Positions 9,628 to 17,574 of a stretch of DNA of 64,000 nucleotides are shown here, one piece after another (positions within the stretch are counted from its first letter, which is position 1; every line of letters begins with the position of its first letter). A program made the position numbers and the translations under genes. The notes under the pieces are model-generated. The model was not told where the DNA came from and searched no databases. It worked only from the letters and a program-made list of their open reading frames with translations. This stretch comes from Bacteroidota bacterium (GTDB lineage: Bacteria > Bacteroidota > Bacteroidia > Bacteroidales > FEN-979). The stretch lies in assembly GCA_026391735.1 (NCBI GenBank), contig JAPLDL010000022.1, positions 262,825 to 326,824 on the forward strand, in the 5' to 3' direction.

Positions 9628-9636
9628 AACAGAGCG

Positions 9637-11859
9637 ATGAAAACACATTTCGATGTACTTATCGGTGATATGGTGCGCCATGCGCATGATCCCGAAGATA
9701 TCACTGGATTGGCTGATTTGATGAAGGGCTTCCAGGGCGCCATCGATGCTTCAGCCGGAGGATCCGGAAACCCGATATCCCCCCCGGTAATTACCGTTTC
9801 CGGATGGTGGCTGATCACTAAAGGCGGATATATCCTGTTCAATTCCGTGCCCAATCTGTTTGAGGCAGGGGATATGCTGATTTATACGCATTCCAGCGGC
9901 TTATATTCCAGGGTGGATGCAAAGACCAACGATGCCCAGGTGGATATTACCTCGGTATTTACCAAACTGTTGAGTGGTTTGGTTACCCAAAAGGCCGTCA
10001 ATGAGCACCTGGATAAACTGGTGACTACTTCTGCCAGTGCTCCTTCTGTCACAAATGATTCATCCTCTGGCTATTTTGCCGGATCTTTTTGGCTCAGATC
10101 AGCAGGGGAGATTTATCAATGCCTGGATGCTTCGGTTGGCGCAGCGCAGTGGCTATTGGTTGGGACATCCGGTTTGTATAATGACATCGGCACAGCCGGC
10201 GAGATTGGATTTGGCGTTGGCATCTGCGGGCCAGGCAGTTTGCCCACCGGTTTGGTTCCCATCTCAGGTACCTTCGATAAAACCCATGCAAACTATGGGA
10301 ATTACCAGGTTGCGGTGGATGGATCAGAAATGGTCTTTGTCCCGCGTCACTGGATGCGCATCGGAGATAACCGCTCTTCGCTCTATGCTCTGTTTGGATC
10401 CAATGCAGTGGATGTGGCAAAGCTCTCTACGTTTGCCAGCGAAGCTGAAGCTAATGCCTTGGGGTATTTCCTGCCCCGTTGTTTCATTGACGGGGGACAG
10501 GTGCAGCCAGGCTATTTCGTTGACAAGTACAATGGATGGTCACTGACCAACTCAGATGGGGATGTGAACAATCCGCCTACCCGGGGTATTGCATCTAGCA
10601 AGAAGTATGGCAACCCAATGTCTTCGGACTCGGCAGGTCGTCAGACCCCGACCAATCCGACCTATCCCGGGGACTTCTCCAATGCCCGCAGCAATGGACA
10701 ATCTCCGGCTTATTATGCCATCGGGATGTTTGCCTGCGCCAAGAGTCGCGGTAATAATTTCGCCCCTACTTCGCTGTTTATCGAACGGAACCTGTTTTTC
10801 CTGGCCCTGGCCCAGCACGAGGCCTTGTATGCCAAGGTCAACGGCGGGACCATTACCCAGGGACAGGCCCAGAGTATTGCAGCCTGGTACCTGACCAGTG
10901 GCGTTTCGGCTCCCAGGGGAAATAATAATTACGGGGTGGATAATGACGATGCAACCATCTCCTTTGTCAAGCCTACCGATGGTTTCTGGGCAGTGAAATC
11001 ACCTACCGAAGCATGCCAGACAGGTTCTGCCAAGAAAGGTGGCCTGGATGCCATGGAATATTGCACCCATAACGGGCAAAAAAGTGGTGTCCAGGTTAAT
11101 GGAAACCAGTGGTTGTTTACCCAGGGCTTCACGACCATCACCGAAGGTGGACAGAATGCCGTGAGCATTACCCGCGCAGCTGAGTGTGTAGTGACCATTC
11201 CAAATGCCAGTGCCAGTAATGCAAATTATGCCAACGGAAAACGGGTATGGTTTGAAGGAAGTAATACATCGGAATGGAATGGTTTTTTCCAGTACAAGTT
11301 TTATATCATTTCAGACCTCACCGGCAATACCTTTAAGCTAAAGGATAAGAATGGTGCGTATATCAATACATCGGCTCTAAGCGCTGATTTTGATACTGCA
11401 GGAGGAAACTTCACGGTTCGCACCGGAAAGTTCTATGTCCTGAAGGAATCCGTTGCCCTGAAGAACATGCTTGGAGCTGCCGGTACCGGCAATGCCAACA
11501 ACTACTTCGAAAACCCTCAGAATTTCGACGAGGTGGATCCTATTGCCTTTATTGGAGGTTACGTCCAGGTTCTTGGAAATGGCTCAAACAGGGTCTTCTC
11601 AGGTAGCACGGATCGCACTTCTGAGGCCTATAAACTGCGCTCCTGCGGAATTCCGGTTGATGGAAATGCAGTAGGTGGCACTAACCTTATGGGCCAGGAT
11701 TATTTCTTAATATGGCTAGTAAATCAGTGCGTGCCGTTGTCCGGCGGCTATTGGGGCGGCGGTAGTAGTGCCGGCGCGGGCGCGGCCGGTTTCGGCTGTA
11801 GTTCAGGTGGCAACGGCCGTCTCATCTCGGCGCGGTCCTGCCTTTATTTGGTTGGATAG
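9637..11859 (+). CDS. DGR target (variable) protein, probable receptor-binding tail protein
   Basis: 740 aa. The last roughly 40 codons are the VR that aligns to the TR with adenine-only differences. The C-terminal sequence GGYWGGGSSAGAGAAGF...ISARS has the GG.W...AG layout typical of DGR-diversified C-type-lectin-fold ends. Confidence 0.9.
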   Translation: MKTHFDVLIGDMVRHAHDPEDITGLADLMKGFQGAIDASAGGSGNPISPPVITVSGWWLITKGGYILFNSVPNLFEAGDMLIYTHSSGLYSRVDAKTNDAQVDITSVFTKLLSGLVTQKAVNEHLDKLVTTSASAPSVTNDSSSGYFAGSFWLRSAGEIYQCLDASVGAAQWLLVGTSGLYNDIGTAGEIGFGVGICGPGSLPTGLVPISGTFDKTHANYGNYQVAVDGSEMVFVPRHWMRIGDNRSSLYALFGSNAVDVAKLSTFASEAEANALGYFLPRCFIDGGQVQPGYFVDKYNGWSLTNSDGDVNNPPTRGIASSKKYGNPMSSDSAGRQTPTNPTYPGDFSNARSNGQSPAYYAIGMFACAKSRGNNFAPTSLFIERNLFFLALAQHEALYAKVNGGTITQGQAQSIAAWYLTSGVSAPRGNNNYGVDNDDATISFVKPTDGFWAVKSPTEACQTGSAKKGGLDAMEYCTHNGQKSGVQVNGNQWLFTQGFTTITEGGQNAVSITRAAECVVTIPNASASNANYANGKRVWFEGSNTSEWNGFFQYKFYIISDLTGNTFKLKDKNGAYINTSALSADFDTAGGNFTVRTGKFYVLKESVALKNMLGAAGTGNANNYFENPQNFDEVDPIAFIGGYVQVLGNGSNRVFSGSTDRTSEAYKLRSCGIPVDGNAVGGTNLMGQDYFLIWLVNQCVPLSGGYWGGGSSAGAGAAGFGCSSGGNGRLISARSCLYLVG
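11727..11843 (+). repeat. DGR variable repeat (VR)
   Basis: Ungapped alignment to 12322-12438 (offset 595). There are 21 mismatches between 11749 and 11822, and all correspond to adenines in the TR copy. Confidence 0.92.
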
Positions 11860-11961
11860 ATGTAGCAGCAAGCGATAGCGAGCTGCCTGATGATTGACGT
11901 TCTTTGAAAGTTTGAAAAATCTTTTACCTTTGTTCTTGGTCTTGGTAATAAGGCCGGCGCA

Positions 11962-12297
11962 ATGAGTGAAAATTTATTGATCCAAAAGAAGATTGTCGAC
12001 ATGATCAAATACAATCACATCATGTTGCAACAGCTTCCAAAACACGAAAAATTTGTTTTGGGGGAAAGGATCCGCACCCTGGGATATCAACTTCTTGAGT
12101 TGGCCATCGCGGCCAACAAAAAATATATCAAGAAGACGACCTTCTCGGAGTTCGACGTCACTCATGAGTCGCTTCGCCAGCTGATCAACGTAGCTTATGA
12201 GCTGCAGTATATTGATGCAAAAAAGCATCGTGTTGCTCAGCTCCATGTTGATGAAGTAGGACGGCTTCTTGGAGCCTGGATCAAAAGTGAAACATAA
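11962..12297 (+). CDS. avd: Accessory variability determinant (Avd), four-helix-bundle protein
   Basis: 111-aa helical basic protein located between the VR-bearing gene and the TR, the canonical avd position. The N-terminus (IVDMIKYNHIMLQQLPKHEKFVLGERIR) is typical of the Avd / 23S-IVS four-helix-bundle family as I recall it. Confidence 0.75.
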   Translation: MSENLLIQKKIVDMIKYNHIMLQQLPKHEKFVLGERIRTLGYQLLELAIAANKKYIKKTTFSEFDVTHESLRQLINVAYELQYIDAKKHRVAQLHVDEVGRLLGAWIKSET

Positions 12298-12321
12298 TGT
12301 TGAAGGGTGATGCTGGTACTT

Positions 12322-12438
12322 GTGCGTGCCGTTGTCCGGCGGCAATTGGAACAACAATAGTAATGCCGGCGCGGGCGCGGCCAATTTCAACTATAATTCA
12401 GGTAACAACAACCGAAACATCTCGGCGCGGTCCTGACT
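12322..12438 (+). repeat. DGR template repeat (TR)
   Basis: Non-coding copy of the VR that is rich in AAY triplets. In the VR frame it reads VPLSGGNWNNNSNAGAGAANFNYNSGNNNRNISARS. Confidence 0.92.
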
Positions 12439-12602
12439 CTGATTAACATTCGTTCTGGAGCGGTGGTCTTACGGGATCACCGAGTGAACATCAAATCAAA
12501 GGGAGCATTATCCTTGATCCTTCGGGGTCTAAAATTTATCGGGGTGGGGCATTCTGGTACGCTTGAAAAAGCTGAAGGTCTGCCTCACTCTTTTTCTCTT
12601 AG
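12322..12602 (+). ncRNA. DGR RNA (TR plus downstream spacer)
   Basis: The 164-nt gap between the TR and the RT start holds two UNCG-capped hairpins: 12461-12482 (9 bp, loop uacg) and 12516-12529 (5 bp, loop uucg). Its position matches the Sp region of the BPP-1 DGR RNA. Confidence 0.55.
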
Positions 12603-13619
12603 ATGCAAAGACACGGGGATATATATCGAAGATGGTGCACGTATGAGGCGATGCTTGCAGCATGGAAGGAAGTTCGTAAAGATAAAACCTATCATTATTC
12701 GGTTTTAAAGTACGAGCAGAATCTGGCTGTTAATCTTTCTCACCTTCTGGATTCAATCCTTGACGAATCCTACCGGGTAAGACCAACACGCAACTTCATC
12801 ATTTTCGAACCAAAGGAGCGGTTTATCGAAGCTCCTCACCTGGAAGATCGCATTGTGCAGCATGCTATCACCGATGTGATCCGTCCGATGATCGAAGCGC
12901 ATTTCATCGATCAGTCCTACGCCTGCAGAGTCGGCAAAGGAACCCACGCTTCGAATGACCTGGTTAAAAGGTATCTGGCTGAGTATAAGAATGAAGGGTA
13001 TTATCTTCGGATAGATTGCTCAAAGTTCTTTTACTCGATTTCTCATCAGAGGATAGAGCAGAAGCTTCGCCGGATCATCAAATGCGAAAAAACCTTAGAG
13101 TTTCTTAAAATGTTTTATAATAATAGCGAAGGTAAAGGATTACCGCTTGGACAGGTAACAAGCCAATTAGAGGCCAATCTTGCATTAAACGACGTGGATC
13201 ATTTCATCAAGCGTGAGCTCAAGGTAAAACACTATGTGCGTTACATGGATGACATGATCCTTCTGCACTCATCAAAAGAGTTTCTACGGGATGCTTTCAC
13301 CAGGATCAAGGAGAAGATTGCCCAGGAGCATTTGTCAACCAATAATAAAAGCAAGATCGGCAAGATCAGCGAGGGGATTGATTTCGTTGGTTACCGTACC
13401 TGGTACAATCGCAGGGTGATTCGAAAAAAATCACTTTTTCGGATTAAACGAAAGTTAAAGCAGGATGCCAATCTGAACCGGTTGGCTTCTTTCCTGAGTC
13501 ATTCAATGAGAACCGAGAGTCTGGTTTACGTGATCAAGCAAATATTACAGGTGGCCCCTAATCAGCGCCCCTTTATAGAAAAATGGTATCGAAAACATTT
13601 TAAACAAAAAAAGTCATGA
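12603..13619 (+). CDS. DGR reverse transcriptase
   Basis: 338 aa with RT motifs YYLRIDCSKFF (motif A), LPLGQVTSQLEANL (the DGR-type I/LGxxxSQ motif) and VRYMDDMILL (YMDD). It lies immediately downstream of the TR. Confidence 0.92.
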   Translation: MQRHGDIYRRWCTYEAMLAAWKEVRKDKTYHYSVLKYEQNLAVNLSHLLDSILDESYRVRPTRNFIIFEPKERFIEAPHLEDRIVQHAITDVIRPMIEAHFIDQSYACRVGKGTHASNDLVKRYLAEYKNEGYYLRIDCSKFFYSISHQRIEQKLRRIIKCEKTLEFLKMFYNNSEGKGLPLGQVTSQLEANLALNDVDHFIKRELKVKHYVRYMDDMILLHSSKEFLRDAFTRIKEKIAQEHLSTNNKSKIGKISEGIDFVGYRTWYNRRVIRKKSLFRIKRKLKQDANLNRLASFLSHSMRTESLVYVIKQILQVAPNQRPFIEKWYRKHFKQKKS

Positions 13620-14053
13620 AATATTTTATTAGCAAAGTTGTTACAACCTCTGAGGTAACTCTGGGTTTTGTTGCACCTCATCAGCCTTTGGCCGATGGTC
13701 CGCAAATCGTTCATTATGCCTTTGATCGCATTGGCGATGAAGAGCTTCATGGGTTAGATTACCAGGGCGAACTGGATGTCCCCTCCATTTTGGCCCTGCA
13801 GCACCAGGAGTGCCAGGTCGAAGAAGTCACCTTTGCCAGTGTCGAGACACGCCTGAAGGCTTGCCGCTTCTCCCGTGAGATCAATGAAGAGGTGGTCGCT
13901 CAGATCCGCAGCCGGTACTCGATCGATGACGAACTCAAGATTATGAAACAGGATCCCACCAGTGGAGATTATGTGGCCATGATGGCCTGGATCGACAGCT
14001 GCCGCTCGGATGGAAATGCCAAGAAAGTGGCCCTTGGATTACTTCAGGCATAA
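13616..14053 (+). CDS. Hypothetical phage protein
   Basis: 145-aa ORF with an ATGA overlap with the RT gene. The C-terminal RSRYSIDDELKIMKQ...YVAMMAWIDSCRSDGNAKK is faintly reminiscent of XkdW / fibre-assembly-type proteins. This is unverified. Confidence 0.5.
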   Translation: MKYFISKVVTTSEVTLGFVAPHQPLADGPQIVHYAFDRIGDEELHGLDYQGELDVPSILALQHQECQVEEVTFASVETRLKACRFSREINEEVVAQIRSRYSIDDELKIMKQDPTSGDYVAMMAWIDSCRSDGNAKKVALGLLQA

Positions 14054-14056
14054 ACC

Positions 14057-15730
14057 ATGCTTTCATTACGAGTCAATAATTCTGTGTTAGACCTGGGAGA
14101 TACCATCAGTATCTCCTGGGAACTTCGCTCGCCCATGTTTTTTGATGCCGGCAGCCGGAGTTATCCCTTTCAGTTTCCTTCGACCCTGAATAATCGAAAG
14201 ATTCTTGGATTCCGTCACCGAATTGAAGGGACCAACAGTATATGGGATGAATTGCCCTGTGCCATTGCATTCAATAATATTGACTTGTTCCATGGGATTT
14301 TAAGGTTTACCATTGCCAACAAGGATCATTACGAGGCCGTGGTGTACCAGAGGGAAGGGGATCTGAATTACATGGCACAGAAGATGATGCTCAGTGATTT
14401 TAATTACGGAGGGTTTGATTATGGGACCGATGTGCTTGGATTGGGTGTGGCCAATGGAATTTATGCCCAGGATCCATCCCTATGGTATTATCCTAATCAG
14501 AAGATGGCCTGGCCGATGATAGCCAATGAAAATTATTTCGATCCCCCGGTTGAGGATGAAGAGCGTAAATATTATAATTACCGTACGCCTCCGTCTTATC
14601 CTATGCTTCGCCATGTTGATCCAGCCAAACCATATATTAATATTCCCATGGTATTTCTTCGCCATGCTTTTTCTACGGTGATTACCGGATTGGGTTATTC
14701 GCTCAATGACTTACTCTTTACCTCTCATGCCGATTTGAATAAATTGATCATCTATAATTCGCTCTCCAATAATAATCTGTGCCAGGAGTTTTCTTATACG
14801 ATGAAGAATTGTTATCTCAATCTTCATATGCCACGGATCACTGTAGCGGATTTCTTTTGTGATATTGAAAAATATTTTAATGCCAGAATGTTTGTCCAGG
14901 ACCTGGAGAAGTCAATTACCATGGTGCCCTTGGACAAGATCGTGGATGGCATTGGGGATGTGATCAATTTTGACCGGGGATTGATCAGCCGGTCAATTGA
15001 GCTTTTCGATCAGGATCCTATCACTGGATTTCAGTATGCCATGGACCTGGACACGGCGGATTCGCATTTAAAACTCTGGACGGACCAGAGTGAGTATTTC
15101 AATAAATGGATGAAACCACCGGTTGATCTGATCAGTGCGCTTCCCGTTTGGCCTTATTCTATTCCTGGCGATGTTCGTTATGTCGTTGAAAATGGTAAAT
15201 TTTATCGTTTTCTGTTGGATAAAACCTGGTATCAGGATCCGGCGATCGCTGAAGTGGATATTGCACATTATTATTATAAGAAGTATGGTGATGCTATTTC
15301 CATTCCGCTTTCCTCGCTCAAATGTGCATATCCGGCCCTGGGATCGTACGTGATGACTGATTGTGGGAATCAGCAAAAGGATTGGGCGGATATCAAATTT
15401 CGGATCCTGTTCGTGGATCAATTTATTGTTCCTGGATCATCGCCTATAAAATATATTCCCCTGGGAACGGATCATACTTCCAATTTCACCTTATGGATGC
15501 AGGGAACCAATAATATGTTTGACAAGTTTTTTAAGAAAACCTGTGATTTTTATCTTTCAACTAAACCGGTCAAGGTCCAGCGGATCATGACCCTTGAGGA
15601 GATCAAAGGCATTGATTTTACGCGGAAATACATGATGGATTCGGTCAAGTATCTGCTTCGCCGCGTTCAACTTACCTTCAAAAAAGATCGGATTTCCCCT
15701 GCTGTAATGGAATGCCAGACGGTGAATTAA
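14057..15730 (+). CDS. Hypothetical phage structural protein
   Basis: 557-aa ORF, 3 nt after the previous gene. It is the last gene of the + strand late block. Confidence 0.55.
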   Translation: MLSLRVNNSVLDLGDTISISWELRSPMFFDAGSRSYPFQFPSTLNNRKILGFRHRIEGTNSIWDELPCAIAFNNIDLFHGILRFTIANKDHYEAVVYQREGDLNYMAQKMMLSDFNYGGFDYGTDVLGLGVANGIYAQDPSLWYYPNQKMAWPMIANENYFDPPVEDEERKYYNYRTPPSYPMLRHVDPAKPYINIPMVFLRHAFSTVITGLGYSLNDLLFTSHADLNKLIIYNSLSNNNLCQEFSYTMKNCYLNLHMPRITVADFFCDIEKYFNARMFVQDLEKSITMVPLDKIVDGIGDVINFDRGLISRSIELFDQDPITGFQYAMDLDTADSHLKLWTDQSEYFNKWMKPPVDLISALPVWPYSIPGDVRYVVENGKFYRFLLDKTWYQDPAIAEVDIAHYYYKKYGDAISIPLSSLKCAYPALGSYVMTDCGNQQKDWADIKFRILFVDQFIVPGSSPIKYIPLGTDHTSNFTLWMQGTNNMFDKFFKKTCDFYLSTKPVKVQRIMTLEEIKGIDFTRKYMMDSVKYLLRRVQLTFKKDRISPAVMECQTVN

Positions 15731-15773
15731 TCTTCCCGGCAGTTTAACTTATTTTCATTTTCTTATCTTTGCC

Positions 15774-15905
15774 CTGTCGCATACGTTTTTTATTTGTCTT
15801 AACTGAAAGGCTTACCCCGGTAGAGTAAAGGGGGAGCCTTTACATGCGAAAAGGTTAAGGCCAATACGTATGCGACAGCTACCGGGGTTATTTATTAAGC
15901 CTTTT
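15774..15905 (+). other. Interleaved inverted-repeat element (possible structured RNA or protein-binding region)
   Basis: A 13-bp perfect pair (15774-15786 / 15866-15878) is interleaved with a 10-bp pair (15814-15823 / 15879-15888) and an 8-9 bp pair (15806-15814 / 15896-15904). Confidence 0.5.
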
Positions 15906-15909
15906 AGAT

Positions 15910-16158
15910 ATGTCGCAATTATCGTTTGAAGAGATCTTCGCAAAGTTCAAAGAAAATTTTCCGCCTGTTACCTCGCCTGATCAGGCCACCCTGTCGCTAA
16001 CCACCCAGGAAATCTGTGAGATGATCCTTAAACTGGATGAATCGGCTTTGATTCCCCAGGAGGGGATGTTTAGTTTTTTGAAAGCTCAGGGCTATACGTT
16101 TCACCCAAAGGAATACAATGAGACGGTGACGTTTTATTGGCTTGTAAAATCCTTATAA
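15910..16158 (+). CDS. Small hypothetical protein in the integration module
   Basis: 82-aa acidic ORF convergent with the integrase gene, overlapping it by 6 nt. No DNA-binding motif recognised. Confidence 0.4.
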   Translation: MSQLSFEEIFAKFKENFPPVTSPDQATLSLTTQEICEMILKLDESALIPQEGMFSFLKAQGYTFHPKEYNETVTFYWLVKSL

Positions 16159-17271
16159 GCGAGGAAAACTGTTGATAAATTCATCACTTACCGTTCGTCG
16201 GAAGCGCTCCAGATATTTCTGTGTCTCATCCAGGGAGCTGTGGCGGTTCTGCAACTGCAGATCCCGTGTGTTGGCACCCGCTTTCAGCGCCAATCCGTTA
16301 CCGGTATGTTTTAAGGCATAAATTGTCTTGCTTATGCCAAAAGTCTTTGCGAATTCTCTCCACTGTTCAAAAATTCTGTTAGCCGATGCCTCCTTGGGAT
16401 TACGTTTTAAATGATTCCCAAAAACGTAATAATTCATTGGAAAGTGCAGATCAAGTTTCTTTATTGCCTGTTTTAACTGAGGGGGGACGATAATAGTTTC
16501 TGTCTTACGGTTTTTGGTGATCTCTCCTCCCAGAGTAAGCTGATCATCAAGGTATATCAGGTGGCTGACCTTTAGGCGAACAATCTCCTGGGGGCGTATA
16601 AAGCAGGTAAAGACCATCAGGGCGATCACGTAAAGGTCATAATTGTAAGAGGGAAGTTGTTCGGAAATGATTCTGAGTTCTTCTTTGGTCAGTGCATTGA
16701 TGGCTGTTTCTTCGGTAGGAAGTTCCTTTATTAAAGCGAAGGGATTGACCTCAATATATTGACGGGCGATCACGAAATTGAAAAATGTACGCACGGCCTG
16801 CAGTATATTATTATATGTACGGTTGGATCGTTTCTTTTCTCCCAGCACATGATCCATATAGGCTTGGGCATGGGTGTAGGCGAAGGACTCCACCTCGATG
16901 TTTACCAGGTGAGATTTTTCAAGGTAGGCTTTAAAGTGCTTCAGGTATGATTTATAACTACAATAGGACCGATTGCGCAGCGTGGTCTTTTTGATCTTTA
17001 GGAATTCATCGATCGTAAGGACCAGCGGTGAGAGGCTTCGGTTTTTCTGCACAAAGGGGTTGAACCCCTTTCGCAGTTTAAGGTTGATCTCTCTGATCAA
17101 AGCCTTTCCACGTTCGTAGCGCTGGGCTCGGGTAAGAAGTTTTTCAGAGATCCAGATCCGGAATCTTACAAATTTTCCGGTTTCCCCGTCCTTGAAATAA
17201 TAAAAAACGAACCACCTCTGGGTCATATCCCCATCGGCATCGAAGAGTTTTACGGTCTTGAAGTTGCTCAT
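16153..17271 (-). CDS. Tyrosine recombinase / phage integrase
   Basis: 372 aa. The C-terminal catalytic region has LKHTGNGLAL ... NRHSSLDETQKYL, the H-x-x-(R/G) ... H ... Y layout of Bacteroidota-type site-specific integrases. It lies adjacent to a tRNA 3' end. Confidence 0.85.
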   Translation of the reverse strand: MSNFKTVKLFDADGDMTQRWFVFYYFKDGETGKFVRFRIWISEKLLTRAQRYERGKALIREINLKLRKGFNPFVQKNRSLSPLVLTIDEFLKIKKTTLRNRSYCSYKSYLKHFKAYLEKSHLVNIEVESFAYTHAQAYMDHVLGEKKRSNRTYNNILQAVRTFFNFVIARQYIEVNPFALIKELPTEETAINALTKEELRIISEQLPSYNYDLYVIALMVFTCFIRPQEIVRLKVSHLIYLDDQLTLGGEITKNRKTETIIVPPQLKQAIKKLDLHFPMNYYVFGNHLKRNPKEASANRIFEQWREFAKTFGISKTIYALKHTGNGLALKAGANTRDLQLQNRHSSLDETQKYLERFRRTVSDEFINSFPRL

Positions 17272-17402
17272 AGAAGTTGGAATTTTTGCATCAATCCAAC
17301 AAATCCTATGTTTTCGCTGTCAAAACCCTTTGTCTCAGTTTGTCTCAAACCGAACTGGCAAGAGTCGGAAACCCTTGCCAGTACTGAGATGTTTGATTTT
17401 AG

Positions 17403-17474
<72 letters not shown>

Positions 17475-17528
17475 ATATATTTTCGTACCTTTGTCGTTTG
17501 TAACGCGGTATATTGAGGTTTCGCGCTG

Positions 17529-17536
17529 CAAAGATA
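17529..17536 (-). promoter_or_regulatory. Possible Bacteroidota -7 box (TATCTTTG) for the tRNA gene
   Basis: The minus strand reads TATCTTTG (TAnnTTTG consensus) about 55 nt upstream of tRNA position 1. Confidence 0.3.
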
Positions 17537-17574
17537 GGGTTATTTTACGGCATCTCAAAATTTATAGAAAATTT

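Larger units (their letters stand above)
1..17402. mobile_element. Integrated tailed prophage, integrase-proximal arm (left end outside the window; right boundary approximate, at the tRNA 3' end)
   Basis: Uninterrupted + strand block of lysis genes, tape measure, tail-region ORFs and a DGR. It ends with a minus-strand tyrosine integrase 131 nt from the 3' end of a tRNA-fMet gene. Housekeeping genes (era, der) start immediately beyond the tRNA. Confidence 0.8.

Noticed and set aside
10037-11674. Alternate-frame ORFs inside the DGR target gene (10037-10546, 10094-10420, 10552-10894 and others)
   Set aside because: They are fully nested in a 740-aa ORF whose 3' end is validated by the VR/TR relationship. 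Locally higher GC content makes long spurious ORFs likely.
11865-11886. Hairpin downstream of the VR (gcagc ... gctgc), considered as the DGR target-recognition stem-loop
   Set aside because: It has only a 5-bp stem with a 12-nt loop, much weaker than the GC-rich 8-10 bp / 4-nt-loop structures described for BPP-1-type DGRs. This is not enough evidence to call it.
11974-12708. ORFs 11974-12390 (minus) and 12463-12708 (plus)
   Set aside because: The first is antisense to avd and runs across the TR. The second lies in the TR-RT spacer and overlaps the RT start out of frame. Both regions are better explained as avd and the non-coding DGR RNA.
17355-17381. 8-bp hairpin (ctggcaag ... cttgccag) between the integrase start and the tRNA 3' end, considered as a tRNA terminator or att core
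   Set aside because: On the minus strand it is not followed by a clear U-tract, and without the other prophage end the att core cannot be defined. It is left uncalled.
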